DNA of 64,000 nt from a virus (lineage: Duplodnaviria > Caudoviricetes), in the IMG/VR virus record IMGVR_UViG_3300036546_000248; one strand, 5' to 3'. Position 1 is the first letter of the stretch. Every line of letters starts with the position of its first letter. The notes under the pieces are model-generated. The model saw only the letters and a program-made list of their open reading frames with translations. It ran no database searches and was not told the DNA's origin. This document shows positions 26,454 to 36,120 of the stretch, piece after piece. Position numbers and translations under genes: made by a program.

Positions 26454-27425
26454 TTACAGGCGACCCAAATAGCTATCGCGGAGAACCTGTATACCCGCGC
26501 TATGGGCATGTCCGCCCCCACCCCACTTCTCAGCAATGGTGTTGACCACAATCCCACCTTTCTTCGAACTGATGCGGTACACGCGTCCCATGGCGGTTTC
26601 GTGATAGATCATCACGATGGAGAAGTTGTCTTCCAACGCCCGACCGATTTGGGTGCAGAGGTACTTCGGTGCGTTGACCAACGCCACGTCATAGTAGGTG
26701 GTGGTGCGACCGTCACCGTTAGGCACCTCCAAGCTCACCACGCGCAAGGTGTTCTCGATGGCCCACTGAACGTGATTGTCCTCAGTCTCCATCAACAGGC
26801 GAGCCTGCTCCATCACGCGCAGATCGGAGGTAAAGCCATCAACCATGTACAGGTTCAGGAAATCGTCCACTGCACGCATGCTGGTCAGTTTGGCTTTACA
26901 GTACGCTGCAAAGGAGCGGTATTCAGCTTTCTGGGCATCCGGAAGCTGGAGGTCCCACGTCTGTACGCGGTCCAGCAGGCGCTTGTAGTGACGCATGTCA
27001 CCAATACGCACACAGGGGAACGCCAGCTCGTCAAACACCAGCTGTGCTCCGCAACGTTCTAGGTCAAAGACTAAGCGTACGTCAACCCCGTTAAAGTACT
27101 CCCCTGAGAGCCCTTCAAACATCCGAACGGCGGTGTCGTGGTGATCGTAGATGTGTACCCCAACAGCTTTCTCAGCGATCGCCAAGATGACGTCAGGCTT
27201 TGCTGACATGTCGGCAAAGACCACTTGATCGCCAGGCATTACGAAACTCAGCAGTTCGTCCTTGTAGGTCACCGCATGGAGTTCGTAGGGTTTACCAATG
27301 TACTCGAACACCCGCTTGAGCAAAGCCCCACTGAAGTAACCGTCGGTACAGTCTTTGTGATAAAAGCCCACCATGCGGGTAATGGCGGGGGCGTCTTTCC
27401 AGGCTTGAGTGATTGCGTGTGGCAT
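26454..27425 (-). CDS. DHH/DHHA1 phosphoesterase (nanoRNase NrnB-like)
   Basis: YHKDCTDG, FADMS, YDHH and GGGGHAHSAG motifs. Confidence 0.85.
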   Translation of the reverse strand: MPHAITQAWKDAPAITRMVGFYHKDCTDGYFSGALLKRVFEYIGKPYELHAVTYKDELLSFVMPGDQVVFADMSAKPDVILAIAEKAVGVHIYDHHDTAVRMFEGLSGEYFNGVDVRLVFDLERCGAQLVFDELAFPCVRIGDMRHYKRLLDRVQTWDLQLPDAQKAEYRSFAAYCKAKLTSMRAVDDFLNLYMVDGFTSDLRVMEQARLLMETEDNHVQWAIENTLRVVSLEVPNGDGRTTTYYDVALVNAPKYLCTQIGRALEDNFSIVMIYHETAMGRVYRISSKKGGIVVNTIAEKWGGGGHAHSAGIQVLRDSYLGRL

Positions 27426-27670
27426 TGTAGAACCTATTAGGTATTAGGGGTTAGGTGTCTCTTACCTAAGTAGATCGTGTGTTTACGCATGTCTACCTCG
27501 GGTAAAAAATAAAAAGGGAGGATAAGGCCTTTGTGTCCTTATCCAACCCCTTGTTAGGTAAAGCAAGAGCAGTGGTAGTCGTAAGGCAGAATAAACTGCC
27601 TTACTCCTTATTCTATCCGAATAAGCTCTCAATCAATAAGAGCTATCAGTAGAAATAAACCCGATAGGGT

Positions 27671-28537
27671 TTAAGCCTGATGCTTGTAACGCTTAAGGAA
27701 CATCAGATCCAGCACCTGCATACCCAAGTGCATCTGAGGCGTAGCCTGAATGCCTTCCTCGGTTTCAGTGATCTCAACCGGGATAGCTTTCACTTGCATG
27801 TGAATCCCATCCTCTTCCATACGAGGACCCATGAAGTACACCTGCTCAGGGCTATCTACCCGTACCACTAGCTCCCCTTCCTGCAGGTCCTGCCAGCCGT
27901 GGTTACGGATGTGATCCATGAGCTTACGGGTGACAGAGTTGACAGGGGTGAGGCCCGGCAAGCGCAGAGTACCGTTATGTAGTGCTTCACGCAACACCTG
28001 CTCACTGGTGGGTGTTGGTAGGATACGGAACAGGTTAGCATTGCTTAAGTGGTCCAGGTACAATTCCAAGACCCCATGATGAAGCACCACCTGACCGGCG
28101 ATTTGAGCCAGTTCCTTGTCCCGACCTGAGTAGGTCAGGTACTCACCCTCAACCCCAACAAACTTGAAGCTGTCAGTTAAGACCGTGTCGTGGTAGGTGA
28201 CTTGGAATTCAATTAGGGCAAACAGCTGCTCGAATAGTTCTGGGTGATCTTTGCCCTGGTAGGTTCCGAGGTGTGGGTCACGGAGACTGGCCATGCCAAA
28301 ACCACCGAAGTGCAGACCTGGGAAACGAGGGGTGGGGTACTGACTCAGGAACTGGTGCTTGCGGCAGAAGTATTGTTGGAACTGGTGATATTGCTTGGAC
28401 ACCACTGTGATGATGTCGATAACGTCCTGCGAATCCAGCTGCACCGATTCGATAGCTGTGGCCAGAACTTCTTCGAGGCAGACGCCGCTAGACGGGCTAT
28501 TGATAACGGTGTTGATGTTGAAGGTCTTCTTATCCAT
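27671..28537 (-). CDS. Hypothetical protein with its own early-type promoter
   Basis: 288-aa ORF; GGAG RBS; TATATCAT variant about 60 nt upstream. Confidence 0.7.
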   Translation of the reverse strand: MDKKTFNINTVINSPSSGVCLEEVLATAIESVQLDSQDVIDIITVVSKQYHQFQQYFCRKHQFLSQYPTPRFPGLHFGGFGMASLRDPHLGTYQGKDHPELFEQLFALIEFQVTYHDTVLTDSFKFVGVEGEYLTYSGRDKELAQIAGQVVLHHGVLELYLDHLSNANLFRILPTPTSEQVLREALHNGTLRLPGLTPVNSVTRKLMDHIRNHGWQDLQEGELVVRVDSPEQVYFMGPRMEEDGIHMQVKAIPVEITETEEGIQATPQMHLGMQVLDLMFLKRYKHQA

Positions 28538-28592
28538 GGTGGTGCTCCATTTAAGTTTAAGGTAAAGGGGTATCGCTAACTATTGCACTTGG

Positions 28593-28616
28593 ATGATATA
28601 GGTTTGAAAATATTTA
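28593..28616 (-). promoter_or_regulatory. Early-type promoter variant
   Basis: Minus strand AAATATTTTCAAACCTATATCATCC resembles the 17080 copy. Confidence 0.45.
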
Positions 28617-28783
28617 GGTTGGAATAAGAAAAAACACCTTGGACCTAGTGTATGCAAAGTGTCTAATTTCAGGTAAGGCGGGGCATCCCTGAGGTCCGTA
28701 GTCCGGATTGAATTCCGTTGACCCTATGGTATAGTTGGCACAATTTTTTAACCCCCGATTGACTTGAAGAAAAAGGTTTTCCA

Positions 28784-31273
28784 ATGCTTAAGACCATGGT
28801 GAAGTTCAACGGTACCGAAGAACCCTTTACAGCGAAGAAGGTCGCTCGTTGGGCAGAGTGGGCCGCCAAGAAGCTGGGTCACAAGGTTGACTGGCCGAGC
28901 ATCGTTATCACTGCGGTAAACGAATGTCCTGAGAAGATGTCCACTCAAGACTTCCAGAAGAAACTGATCGACGTCGTCCTGCGTGGCGAAGACTGGCCTC
29001 ATTACCAGATGGCCGGTCGGTTGTATGCCCCGATGATTTCGAAGGCCACTTATGGTCATGACGTCCCCACCGTCCAGCAACTGCATCAAAAGCTGGTCGG
29101 TTTGGGTTTGATGGACCATCTGAGCTACACCGACGCCGAATACGCTGCTGTGGAAAAGGTCATCGACCATGACCTGGACAAGGATTACATCCACTCGCGT
29201 ATCGAGTACATCTACAAGAAGTACGCGGTACAGAACCGTGTGACGGGTAAGAGCTACGAAACCCCACAGTTCGTCTACATGCGCATGGCCATGGCCTTGT
29301 CGGAAAGCTTCCCGACTGAACAACGCATGAAGCACATCCGCAAGTGGTATCACTACCTCAGCAGCGGTAAGCTCAATGCTCCGACGCCGAACTACGTCAA
29401 CCTGGGTACGCCGCTCAAGGGCTTTACCTCGTGTTGTATCTACACCAACCACGACTCGGCACGTTCGATCGGGGTGGGTCTGCATATTGCCTACACCATG
29501 ACCTACATGTCGGCAGGCACCGGTACGTACCTCAATACCCGATCGATCGGGGATGAAGTGCGTGGCGGAGCCATCGAACACCAAGGTAAGCTACCTTACC
29601 TGCGTGCTGAAAAGTCTATGGTTAAGTGTAACCTGCAAAACGGACGTGGTGGTGCACTGAACGTCAGCTGGTCGGCTTTTGATCCTGAAGCCGAAACGTT
29701 GGTGGCGGCGCAGAACCCGATGTCGGTGGAAGACAAGAAGATCCGCGGGATCGACTACACCATGACCATCTCCAAATTCATGGTGCGCTTCGCAGCTCGC
29801 AAGCAGAAGCTCTTCCACTTCAACAGTCACACCGCACCTGATCTGCACGACGCTCTGTTCTCCGGCGACGTTGAACACTTCGAGAACCTGTACAACAAGT
29901 ACGAAGCCGATCCGCTGTTCATCAAGACCTACTTCAACGCGCGTGAGCTGATCCTCAATGCGATGAACGAGGCCTACGAGACCGGCCGCTACTACTTGGC
30001 ATGGGCTGACACCATCAACATGCAGACGCCGTTCTATGACACCATTTGGGCAACCAACCTGTGTGTCGAGATCATGTTGCCGACCTCCGGGTACGCCGAC
30101 ATGCAGGATCTGTACAAGACCGAGGACGTGGGTTACATCCGTTTCCAAACCACCGATGGTAATCGCCATGAACTGACGGCTTCTCAACCGGTTTATGTGG
30201 AGCGGGCACCTGTCAATGCACTGCGTACCGCACGCCGTGTGATTCCGGCCATTGAGCTGGAGCAGGGTGAGCAGTTCCAGTTTGTCAAGGATGGTCTGCA
30301 CTTCAATGTGTTGCAAGTCGATGAGCGCAAGGCTGAGCCGGAAGTGGCGATGTGTAACATTGCCGGTATCTGTCCGGGACTGATCGAAAGTGACGAAGAA
30401 TACGCCGACGTGATGTATTACGCGCTGCTGATGATCGATCGTTGCATCCACATGACACACTACGAACTGCCACACATCGGCTTCACCTCGAAGAACCGCA
30501 TGAACGCAGGTGTAGGCATCATCGGTGACGCGTACTGGATGGCCAAGAACGGGTACAGCTACACCACCCGTGAAGGCAAGGGTAAACTGTTCGAGCTGAA
30601 CGAAACCCACTACTACCACGCCATCACTCAGTCGATTCGTCTGGGCCGTGAGTTTGGTAACGCGCCGTGGATTCACCGCACCAAGTACCCAGAAGGTTAC
30701 TTGATCTTCGACGATGGCGCTAAGGCCGTCATGGAGATCCATGATCAACCGTTCATGCGTGACTGGGACCAAGTCCGCAAGGATCTGGTAACGTACGGTG
30801 GTGGACGTTTCAGCTGCCTTGTAGCCCACATGCCAGGCGAGTCCAGCTCCAAAGGGGCCGGTCAACCTAACGGTCGTTATCCGGTTCGTAAGGCTGTGAT
30901 GACCAAGACCGACAACGGTATTGTGACGCGCTTCGCTGCACCTGAGAGCGATGTATTGCACTACGAATCGTGCTGGGATCTTTCCAGTGTGGATCAGATC
31001 GATATCTATGGTCTGGGTCAGTACTTCACCGATCAAGGGATCTCGGCTGACACCTGGAAGCGTCTGCCACCGGGTGAGACTGTCAAGACTTCTGAGATGA
31101 TGAATGACATCATCTACATGACCAAGATGGGCATGAAGTCGCGCTACTATACCAACAGCCTGACCTCCTCGCTCAAAGAGCTGGAAGACGGTACAGTGGT
31201 GATGGTGGAGCACCTCAATACCGATAATGCGGTGGAAGTGGCGAACTGTGCTGAAGGTGCCTGTTCTATGTAA
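28784..31273 (+). CDS. nrdA: Class Ia ribonucleotide reductase alpha subunit with ATP-cone-like N-terminus and a roughly 65-aa insertion
   Basis: NAPTP, TSCC, TNLCVEI, EVAMCN, KSRYY and C-terminal CAEGAC. Confidence 0.95.
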   Translation: MLKTMVKFNGTEEPFTAKKVARWAEWAAKKLGHKVDWPSIVITAVNECPEKMSTQDFQKKLIDVVLRGEDWPHYQMAGRLYAPMISKATYGHDVPTVQQLHQKLVGLGLMDHLSYTDAEYAAVEKVIDHDLDKDYIHSRIEYIYKKYAVQNRVTGKSYETPQFVYMRMAMALSESFPTEQRMKHIRKWYHYLSSGKLNAPTPNYVNLGTPLKGFTSCCIYTNHDSARSIGVGLHIAYTMTYMSAGTGTYLNTRSIGDEVRGGAIEHQGKLPYLRAEKSMVKCNLQNGRGGALNVSWSAFDPEAETLVAAQNPMSVEDKKIRGIDYTMTISKFMVRFAARKQKLFHFNSHTAPDLHDALFSGDVEHFENLYNKYEADPLFIKTYFNARELILNAMNEAYETGRYYLAWADTINMQTPFYDTIWATNLCVEIMLPTSGYADMQDLYKTEDVGYIRFQTTDGNRHELTASQPVYVERAPVNALRTARRVIPAIELEQGEQFQFVKDGLHFNVLQVDERKAEPEVAMCNIAGICPGLIESDEEYADVMYYALLMIDRCIHMTHYELPHIGFTSKNRMNAGVGIIGDAYWMAKNGYSYTTREGKGKLFELNETHYYHAITQSIRLGREFGNAPWIHRTKYPEGYLIFDDGAKAVMEIHDQPFMRDWDQVRKDLVTYGGGRFSCLVAHMPGESSSKGAGQPNGRYPVRKAVMTKTDNGIVTRFAAPESDVLHYESCWDLSSVDQIDIYGLGQYFTDQGISADTWKRLPPGETVKTSEMMNDIIYMTKMGMKSRYYTNSLTSSLKELEDGTVVMVEHLNTDNAVEVANCAEGACSM

Positions 31274-31321
31274 ACTACAGGAGGGTTTAGGCCCTCCTTT
31301 CCTTTTTTGTCAGAGTGTGTT

Positions 31322-32440
31322 ATGAAACTTAAACCCGTCGATATTGACCCGTCCATTTTTAACCTGAAGAAGACTGACTACGAGACCAAGAGTTTGTTCT
31401 TGGGTCAGCAACCGGGTTTGTTTGATACGATCAATAAAACGTATCCGCTGATCTGGGAAAACTACAAGACCATGAAGTCCCTGGACTGGGATGAGAATGA
31501 GTTCAACTACTCCAGCTGCATGGCCGAGTTTGAATCCGAAGACCCACGCAAGGTCCGTAAGATGATCTACTCGCTGGCGTGGCAATGGGAAGCCGATTCG
31601 GTGGCGGCGCGTTCGATCAGTCACATCGTTTCGTTGTTTGACCCAGCTTCTGAGTTATGGGCTGCCTGGCAGCGAATCAGTGACAGTGAATCGACACACG
31701 GGGCTACCTACTCAGAGATTGTACGGGCGAGTTTCAAAGACCCGCGCAAGGTTCTAGAAGACGTGTTAGGTATTGTGGAGGCTCACCAACGGTTGGCTGT
31801 AGTGGCGAATGAGTTTGCTTGGATTCGTCGTCGTGGTCTCCGGTATCAACTGGGCGACGTTCCAAATGACCAAGAAACCTACAACGCGATTTTCATGTTC
31901 ACCTTCCTGATGTTCGTACTCGAGCGTCTGCAGTTCATGTCCTCGTTCGTAGTGACCTTTGCCATGGGTGAAGAGAACAGCTTCATGCCGGCCTGTAAAG
32001 CAATTCAGAAGATCGCTCAGGATGAGTTTGAAGTGCACGTAGAGTTGGACCGCATGGTGCTGAACAACGAGTTGCAGACCGAGCGTGGTAAGATCGCTTA
32101 TCAGCAACTCAAGCCGCGCATGCAAGCGGTGTACGATGCAGTCATCAATGCCGAAGTGACCTGGCTCAAAGACGTTCTCTGGGCTGACGGTTACGACCTA
32201 CAGAACCTCAACCTCAAGCAAGCAGTGGATTGGGTTCACTGGTGTGGTCTGAACGTTGCGCGTCCTATGGGTCTGGAAGTGACTCACCCTGTGGTCGATC
32301 GCATTCCGGTTCACTACATGAAGACCTGGCTGAACATCTCTGACATCCAAGCTTCGCCTCAGGAAGAAGCCAACGGTCAGTATAAAGTGGGCATTATGGA
32401 ACGTGACGACGAGGACATCGAGTTCGCGGTGGACTTCTGA
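31322..32440 (+). CDS. nrdB: Class I ribonucleotide reductase beta subunit
   Basis: QWEADS, ESTHGATY (radical Tyr), LERLQF and QDEFEVH di-metal ligands. Confidence 0.95.
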   Translation: MKLKPVDIDPSIFNLKKTDYETKSLFLGQQPGLFDTINKTYPLIWENYKTMKSLDWDENEFNYSSCMAEFESEDPRKVRKMIYSLAWQWEADSVAARSISHIVSLFDPASELWAAWQRISDSESTHGATYSEIVRASFKDPRKVLEDVLGIVEAHQRLAVVANEFAWIRRRGLRYQLGDVPNDQETYNAIFMFTFLMFVLERLQFMSSFVVTFAMGEENSFMPACKAIQKIAQDEFEVHVELDRMVLNNELQTERGKIAYQQLKPRMQAVYDAVINAEVTWLKDVLWADGYDLQNLNLKQAVDWVHWCGLNVARPMGLEVTHPVVDRIPVHYMKTWLNISDIQASPQEEANGQYKVGIMERDDEDIEFAVDF

Positions 32441-32523
32441 TGAACACGGTTCTGTTAGTACTTTTCGCGGTGTTGCTGGGCGTTATTTCCTGGTGCGTGC
32501 GAAGTGAGGAAGACCATGGTTAA
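32440..32523 (+). CDS. 27-aa single-TM peptide
   Basis: TGATG coupling to the nrdB stop; MNTVLLVLFAVLLGVISWCVRSEEDHG; overlaps the next start. Confidence 0.5.
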   Translation: MNTVLLVLFAVLLGVISWCVRSEEDHG

Positions 32524-32785
32524 TCAAGTCCGTCCTCTGGAGCGTTTGGCATTTCTCTTCGAATGTCGGGAATACCCCATCCGTGAAGAGAACCGTCATG
32601 GTTATGTGGTGTCCGATCGAGACGAGAAGCGGTTCTTTACGATCATCAACGGCGTATGTCGACCTGATGAAGTACAGGACTACTTCAACACTCAAGGAAT
32701 CGGCCGTTTGGTATTGGACAATCCGCTGTTTGAAGTGGGTGAGCCAGTCGAGATTCACTTTAACACTCCTCTTTGTGGTTTCTAA
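32516..32785 (+). CDS. Hypothetical protein
   Basis: GAGGA RBS, ATG 32516. Confidence 0.6.
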   Translation: MVNQVRPLERLAFLFECREYPIREENRHGYVVSDRDEKRFFTIINGVCRPDEVQDYFNTQGIGRLVLDNPLFEVGEPVEIHFNTPLCGF

Positions 32786-32874
32786 CCACTTGGCCTCTAA
32801 GGGACTTCGGTCCCTTAGAGTGCTCTTTATGCCGGCATAAAACCCATGAGGCCCGAAGGCCTCATGGGTTCGCC

Positions 32875-33498
32875 TTAGGCTGCCGGAGCTTCCGGTTGAG
32901 CAAAGGTCCAGCTGATGGCGTTGAACGCAACATCGTCACCCAGCTCTGCAGCAGTTCGCAGTTGTTTCTCGATACCGTGGCGGTATGCGGTGAAGCCAGC
33001 CAGCGCCGGACTGTACACTGCATCATTAGCCAGGATACGCGAGACCAGGTCTTCGAAACCGTCGCCAACATTTGCAGCCACGCGCCCTTCGTTCAGTTCC
33101 ACCAGGAACGGAACTTCAGGAGCATCACCTACACGACCACCATCGATCCATGCTTGGTACGCACGGGCTTCAGTGACTTGTAGGGTCCACGTGTGTGTTT
33201 CAGCAGCGGGGTAATCGACATTGAGGACAGCCACCGCCTGATCGTAGTCAGCATTCAGACGACCCAGTTGGATGGTCAGACGCTCGGCCAGCGGCTTGGC
33301 CAGATACTCTTCTTCCGGAGTTGGGATGTGAGGTGCTTCTACAGCGATCGGATTGCCTTCGGCATCTGCATCGAGCACCTTACCGGCAGCCAACTCGATC
33401 ATCAGTGCGGTAGCAACTTCCTCGGTCAACAGAACCGCATCGTCACCCACCGGCAGGTTGAACAGGCCTTTACGAGAAGGCGAGAAATAGGTATTCAT
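32875..33498 (-). CDS. Tail fibre assembly (Tfa-like) protein
   Basis: N-terminus YFSPSRKGLF...DDAVLLTEE...GKVLDADAEGNPIAVEAP typical of Tfa chaperones. Confidence 0.7.
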   Translation of the reverse strand: MNTYFSPSRKGLFNLPVGDDAVLLTEEVATALMIELAAGKVLDADAEGNPIAVEAPHIPTPEEEYLAKPLAERLTIQLGRLNADYDQAVAVLNVDYPAAETHTWTLQVTEARAYQAWIDGGRVGDAPEVPFLVELNEGRVAANVGDGFEDLVSRILANDAVYSPALAGFTAYRHGIEKQLRTAAELGDDVAFNAISWTFAQPEAPAA

Positions 33499-33521
33499 TT
33501 AACGTACCTCAAGGTGATGAA

Positions 33522-34265
33522 TTACGGGGTGTACTTGATCCACAGGTCGCCGTCTTTACCGTCAGCAGCGACAGGGTCAACGGTCGACACGAAGATGTTG
33601 GCCGTCGAGGCAGTACCGAGGTTCAGTGCAGTTTGAACGTCACTGATTACCTGTGCTTTGGTGCGACCTTCAAGCTTAGCCGAATCAGCTGCCTGGGCAG
33701 TGGCGTTAAGCTTACCGGCCAGGTCGTCAGCCAGTGCAGCTTCGGCAGCCGCGACAGCTTCAGTTACAACCTGAGCTTTGCTCGAACCTTCCAACTTCTG
33801 AGAGTTTACAGCCGTAGCAGTAGCGTCCAGTTTCTGGCCGACCAGAGTGGTCAGTTCGGTGATCACATCCGGGTTGTTCTGTAGGGCTTCGGCCAGCTCA
33901 GCGATGGTGTTCAGGGCTTCCGGGGAAGCACCGATCAGCTCGTTGACAGCCGACTCGATAGCCGCTTTGGCCGACACAGCGGTGATGTACTTGACATCGT
34001 CAGTGCCCGCAACAGCTTCAGCAACCGAGGCCTTGGCGGCCACGAAGTCATTGAACCCTTGTTGCAGAGTGGCGAGGTCAGCACCCGAAGCCAGATCAGC
34101 CAGCAGAACGGCCAGTTCCAGTTCACCCACTTTGTATTGACCGAAGTCATCAGTCTTATCGACCTTGGACCCCAGCGATGCTGCGACGGAGGCAAGTGCC
34201 CCGTCTACTTTTTCCGACACCCAAGTCGAAAATTCGGCAAAGCCGAAAAAACGTTTATCAAACAT
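33522..34265 (-). CDS. Short tail-fibre-like protein (KRFFGF family, copy 3)
   Basis: MFDKRFFGFAEFSTWV; SPEALNTIAELAEAL and DSAKLEG fibre motifs; C-terminal DGKDGDLWIKY. Confidence 0.7.
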   Translation of the reverse strand: MFDKRFFGFAEFSTWVSEKVDGALASVAASLGSKVDKTDDFGQYKVGELELAVLLADLASGADLATLQQGFNDFVAAKASVAEAVAGTDDVKYITAVSAKAAIESAVNELIGASPEALNTIAELAEALQNNPDVITELTTLVGQKLDATATAVNSQKLEGSSKAQVVTEAVAAAEAALADDLAGKLNATAQAADSAKLEGRTKAQVISDVQTALNLGTASTANIFVSTVDPVAADGKDGDLWIKYTP

Positions 34266-34367
34266 TTTTGATGCTCCGTTGAGGTGAAAATAAAGCAAGC
34301 TTGAAAAAGGTGTGTCGAGAGGCCAGTTTCGAGAGCCCTTTTTCATCGCCCTCTCATAAGATTCTGA
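34266..34367 (-). promoter_or_regulatory. Conserved late leader (TATG promoter plus GAAACTGGCCTCTC motif)
   Basis: GAGAGGCCAGTTTC (34317) and TCATAAGATTCTGA (34354) recur with identical 37-nt spacing at 47581/47618. Confidence 0.6.
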
Positions 34368-34406
34368 TGTTTGGTCCGCTAAAGTCCTAGAACTCCCTTT
34401 ATTTTT

Positions 34407-35186
34407 TTAATCCTTTCTGATTAAACGGATGAACCAAGCTGCTGTATCGACTTCACCCTTTTTCATCACGGTGGTCCATGAGCGAGGATGTGCGTGGTGG
34501 TTGTTGTGTAAACCACAAGCACCAAAACTCAACAAGTGCATGCTCGGGGAGTTTTGAGAATGGTCGGGTGTGTCGAAACTACGGTAGTTCAGAGGTGCCT
34601 TAGCATGAAGCATGTAGTTTTGGACCGTAGAAAGAAAGGGTCCCAACGCCCAAGGCAAAAGTACAATGAACATCAACCCATTGATCCCCGCCAACCAATA
34701 CCACAGACACGCCCACCCCAACATCCAAAGAACGTAGTATTGGTGCAGTGATTTGTGGATAGGGTCACGAGCCAAGTAACGAACAGAATGTAACGTTCCC
34801 GTGTAAGGATAACGCCACACCAACAACTCCCAGAACTTCGAGTATTGTGCACTGTGTGGATCTTTCTCGGTATCCGAGTATTGATGATGGGCGGCGTGGA
34901 TCATCGCCCAACCCATGGTCGATCCAGTTCCCGGTACCACACTGGTCAGTACTGCCAATAACCACTCAACAGGTTTGCTAAGTTGATACGCCCCATGAGT
35001 ACAGAAGCGATGGGCAAAGGCTTCGATCAAACAAATGTTGAAAAACGCCACCACACCCAAAGTCGCCCACAACCACTGGTAATTCAGTTGTGTTGTGTAG
35101 TGAAGAACCGGTAGTAGTGTCACTACTAACAACACCTGCAGCGGCATGAACTCGCCCCGCGAACGAGTGTATTCCCAAAGTTTCAT
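34407..35186 (-). CDS. Membrane fatty-acid desaturase (delta-9/DesC-Ole1 type), copy 1
   Basis: His boxes HRFCTH, HAAHH(QYSDTEKDPH) and HNNHH; TM helices. Confidence 0.9.
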   Translation of the reverse strand: MKLWEYTRSRGEFMPLQVLLVVTLLPVLHYTTQLNYQWLWATLGVVAFFNICLIEAFAHRFCTHGAYQLSKPVEWLLAVLTSVVPGTGSTMGWAMIHAAHHQYSDTEKDPHSAQYSKFWELLVWRYPYTGTLHSVRYLARDPIHKSLHQYYVLWMLGWACLWYWLAGINGLMFIVLLPWALGPFLSTVQNYMLHAKAPLNYRSFDTPDHSQNSPSMHLLSFGACGLHNNHHAHPRSWTTVMKKGEVDTAAWFIRLIRKD

Positions 35187-35196
35187 ATCAACCCCC

Positions 35197-36120
35197 TTAA
35201 GACAAAAGTGTCACAAATTGTTCGAGGTACGATTCTTGGTTTGGGATTGCTCGATTAAAAGCAACCCGCAAATGATGCGTACCGTTGTAGGAGATCACTT
35301 GGAGTCTTCCCATCTGATTCTTCTTTAGAAACTGTACCAGTTCAGTAGGTTCAAAGTGACTGGAACCTATCGGGAAAGAGCCTACAAAGAAGTTTCCAAT
35401 CTTCTCACTCAAACCAAACTTCATGATCAAACGAGTGAAGTTTTCGTGACTGATGTCGAGCGAGAACTTCCCGTCTTTATTAGACCCTAAAGCATAGAGC
35501 GAGTAGTGTCCCCAATAGTCCTCACACCCTTCTACAAAGCGCGTGGTGATGATGTTAGGGTTATCCAATACCGTACAAGTCACTTGAGCGAGGTAGTCCT
35601 GTACACGCATCCCTAGGGCTTTAGCTTGACGCAAGTAACCGGTACCAATGGGGATGCTGTAGGTGTTGGCTAAACCGACCTCCCCTTCAAAGACAAAGGG
35701 TCTCAGTTCCATTGGTCCCGTCGGTTGTATTTTCGGTAAAGGTTGGTTGGATACATAAGTCCCTACCTCACCAGTTCGGGCAATGTGGAACAGTTCACGC
35801 GTGGTCTTCATGAACGTCCAACCATCAACAAACTCGTGGGACAAACCAATCCAAAATCCGTTATCGTCCTCGGTGACCGATAAGCAGGTTGGAATCTGTT
35901 GGTGGAGGTTACCGTGACCTTGTGTTACCAACACCCGATCATGTTCCACGACTTTACCATTGACCACACAGGCTTTAAGAAGTGGGATGTGATGAGTCAG
36001 TTCGTCCACCGCTTCTTGCATCAGGTTGCGGTCACATGGGAATAAAGGGACGTTCAAACTGCTGTACATCATCGCCTTTCCATCATTAAGAAAGGCTTTC
36101 TGAAGTAGGTTCAATTTCAT
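35197..36120 (-). CDS. Condensation-domain/CAT-fold acyltransferase-like protein
   Basis: LNLLQKAF (LSxxQ-like), QEAVDELTHHIPLLKACV (xALxxLxxRHxxLRxxF-like), SHEFVDGWT (HHxxxDG-like). Confidence 0.6.
   Translation of the reverse strand: MKLNLLQKAFLNDGKAMMYSSLNVPLFPCDRNLMQEAVDELTHHIPLLKACVVNGKVVEHDRVLVTQGHGNLHQQIPTCLSVTEDDNGFWIGLSHEFVDGWTFMKTTRELFHIARTGEVGTYVSNQPLPKIQPTGPMELRPFVFEGEVGLANTYSIPIGTGYLRQAKALGMRVQDYLAQVTCTVLDNPNIITTRFVEGCEDYWGHYSLYALGSNKDGKFSLDISHENFTRLIMKFGLSEKIGNFFVGSFPIGSSHFEPTELVQFLKKNQMGRLQVISYNGTHHLRVAFNRAIPNQESYLEQFVTLLS

Noticed and set aside
30120-30340. Active intein in NrdA
   Set aside because: No N-terminal Cys/Ser, no block-B His, no His-Asn plus nucleophile junction, and too short
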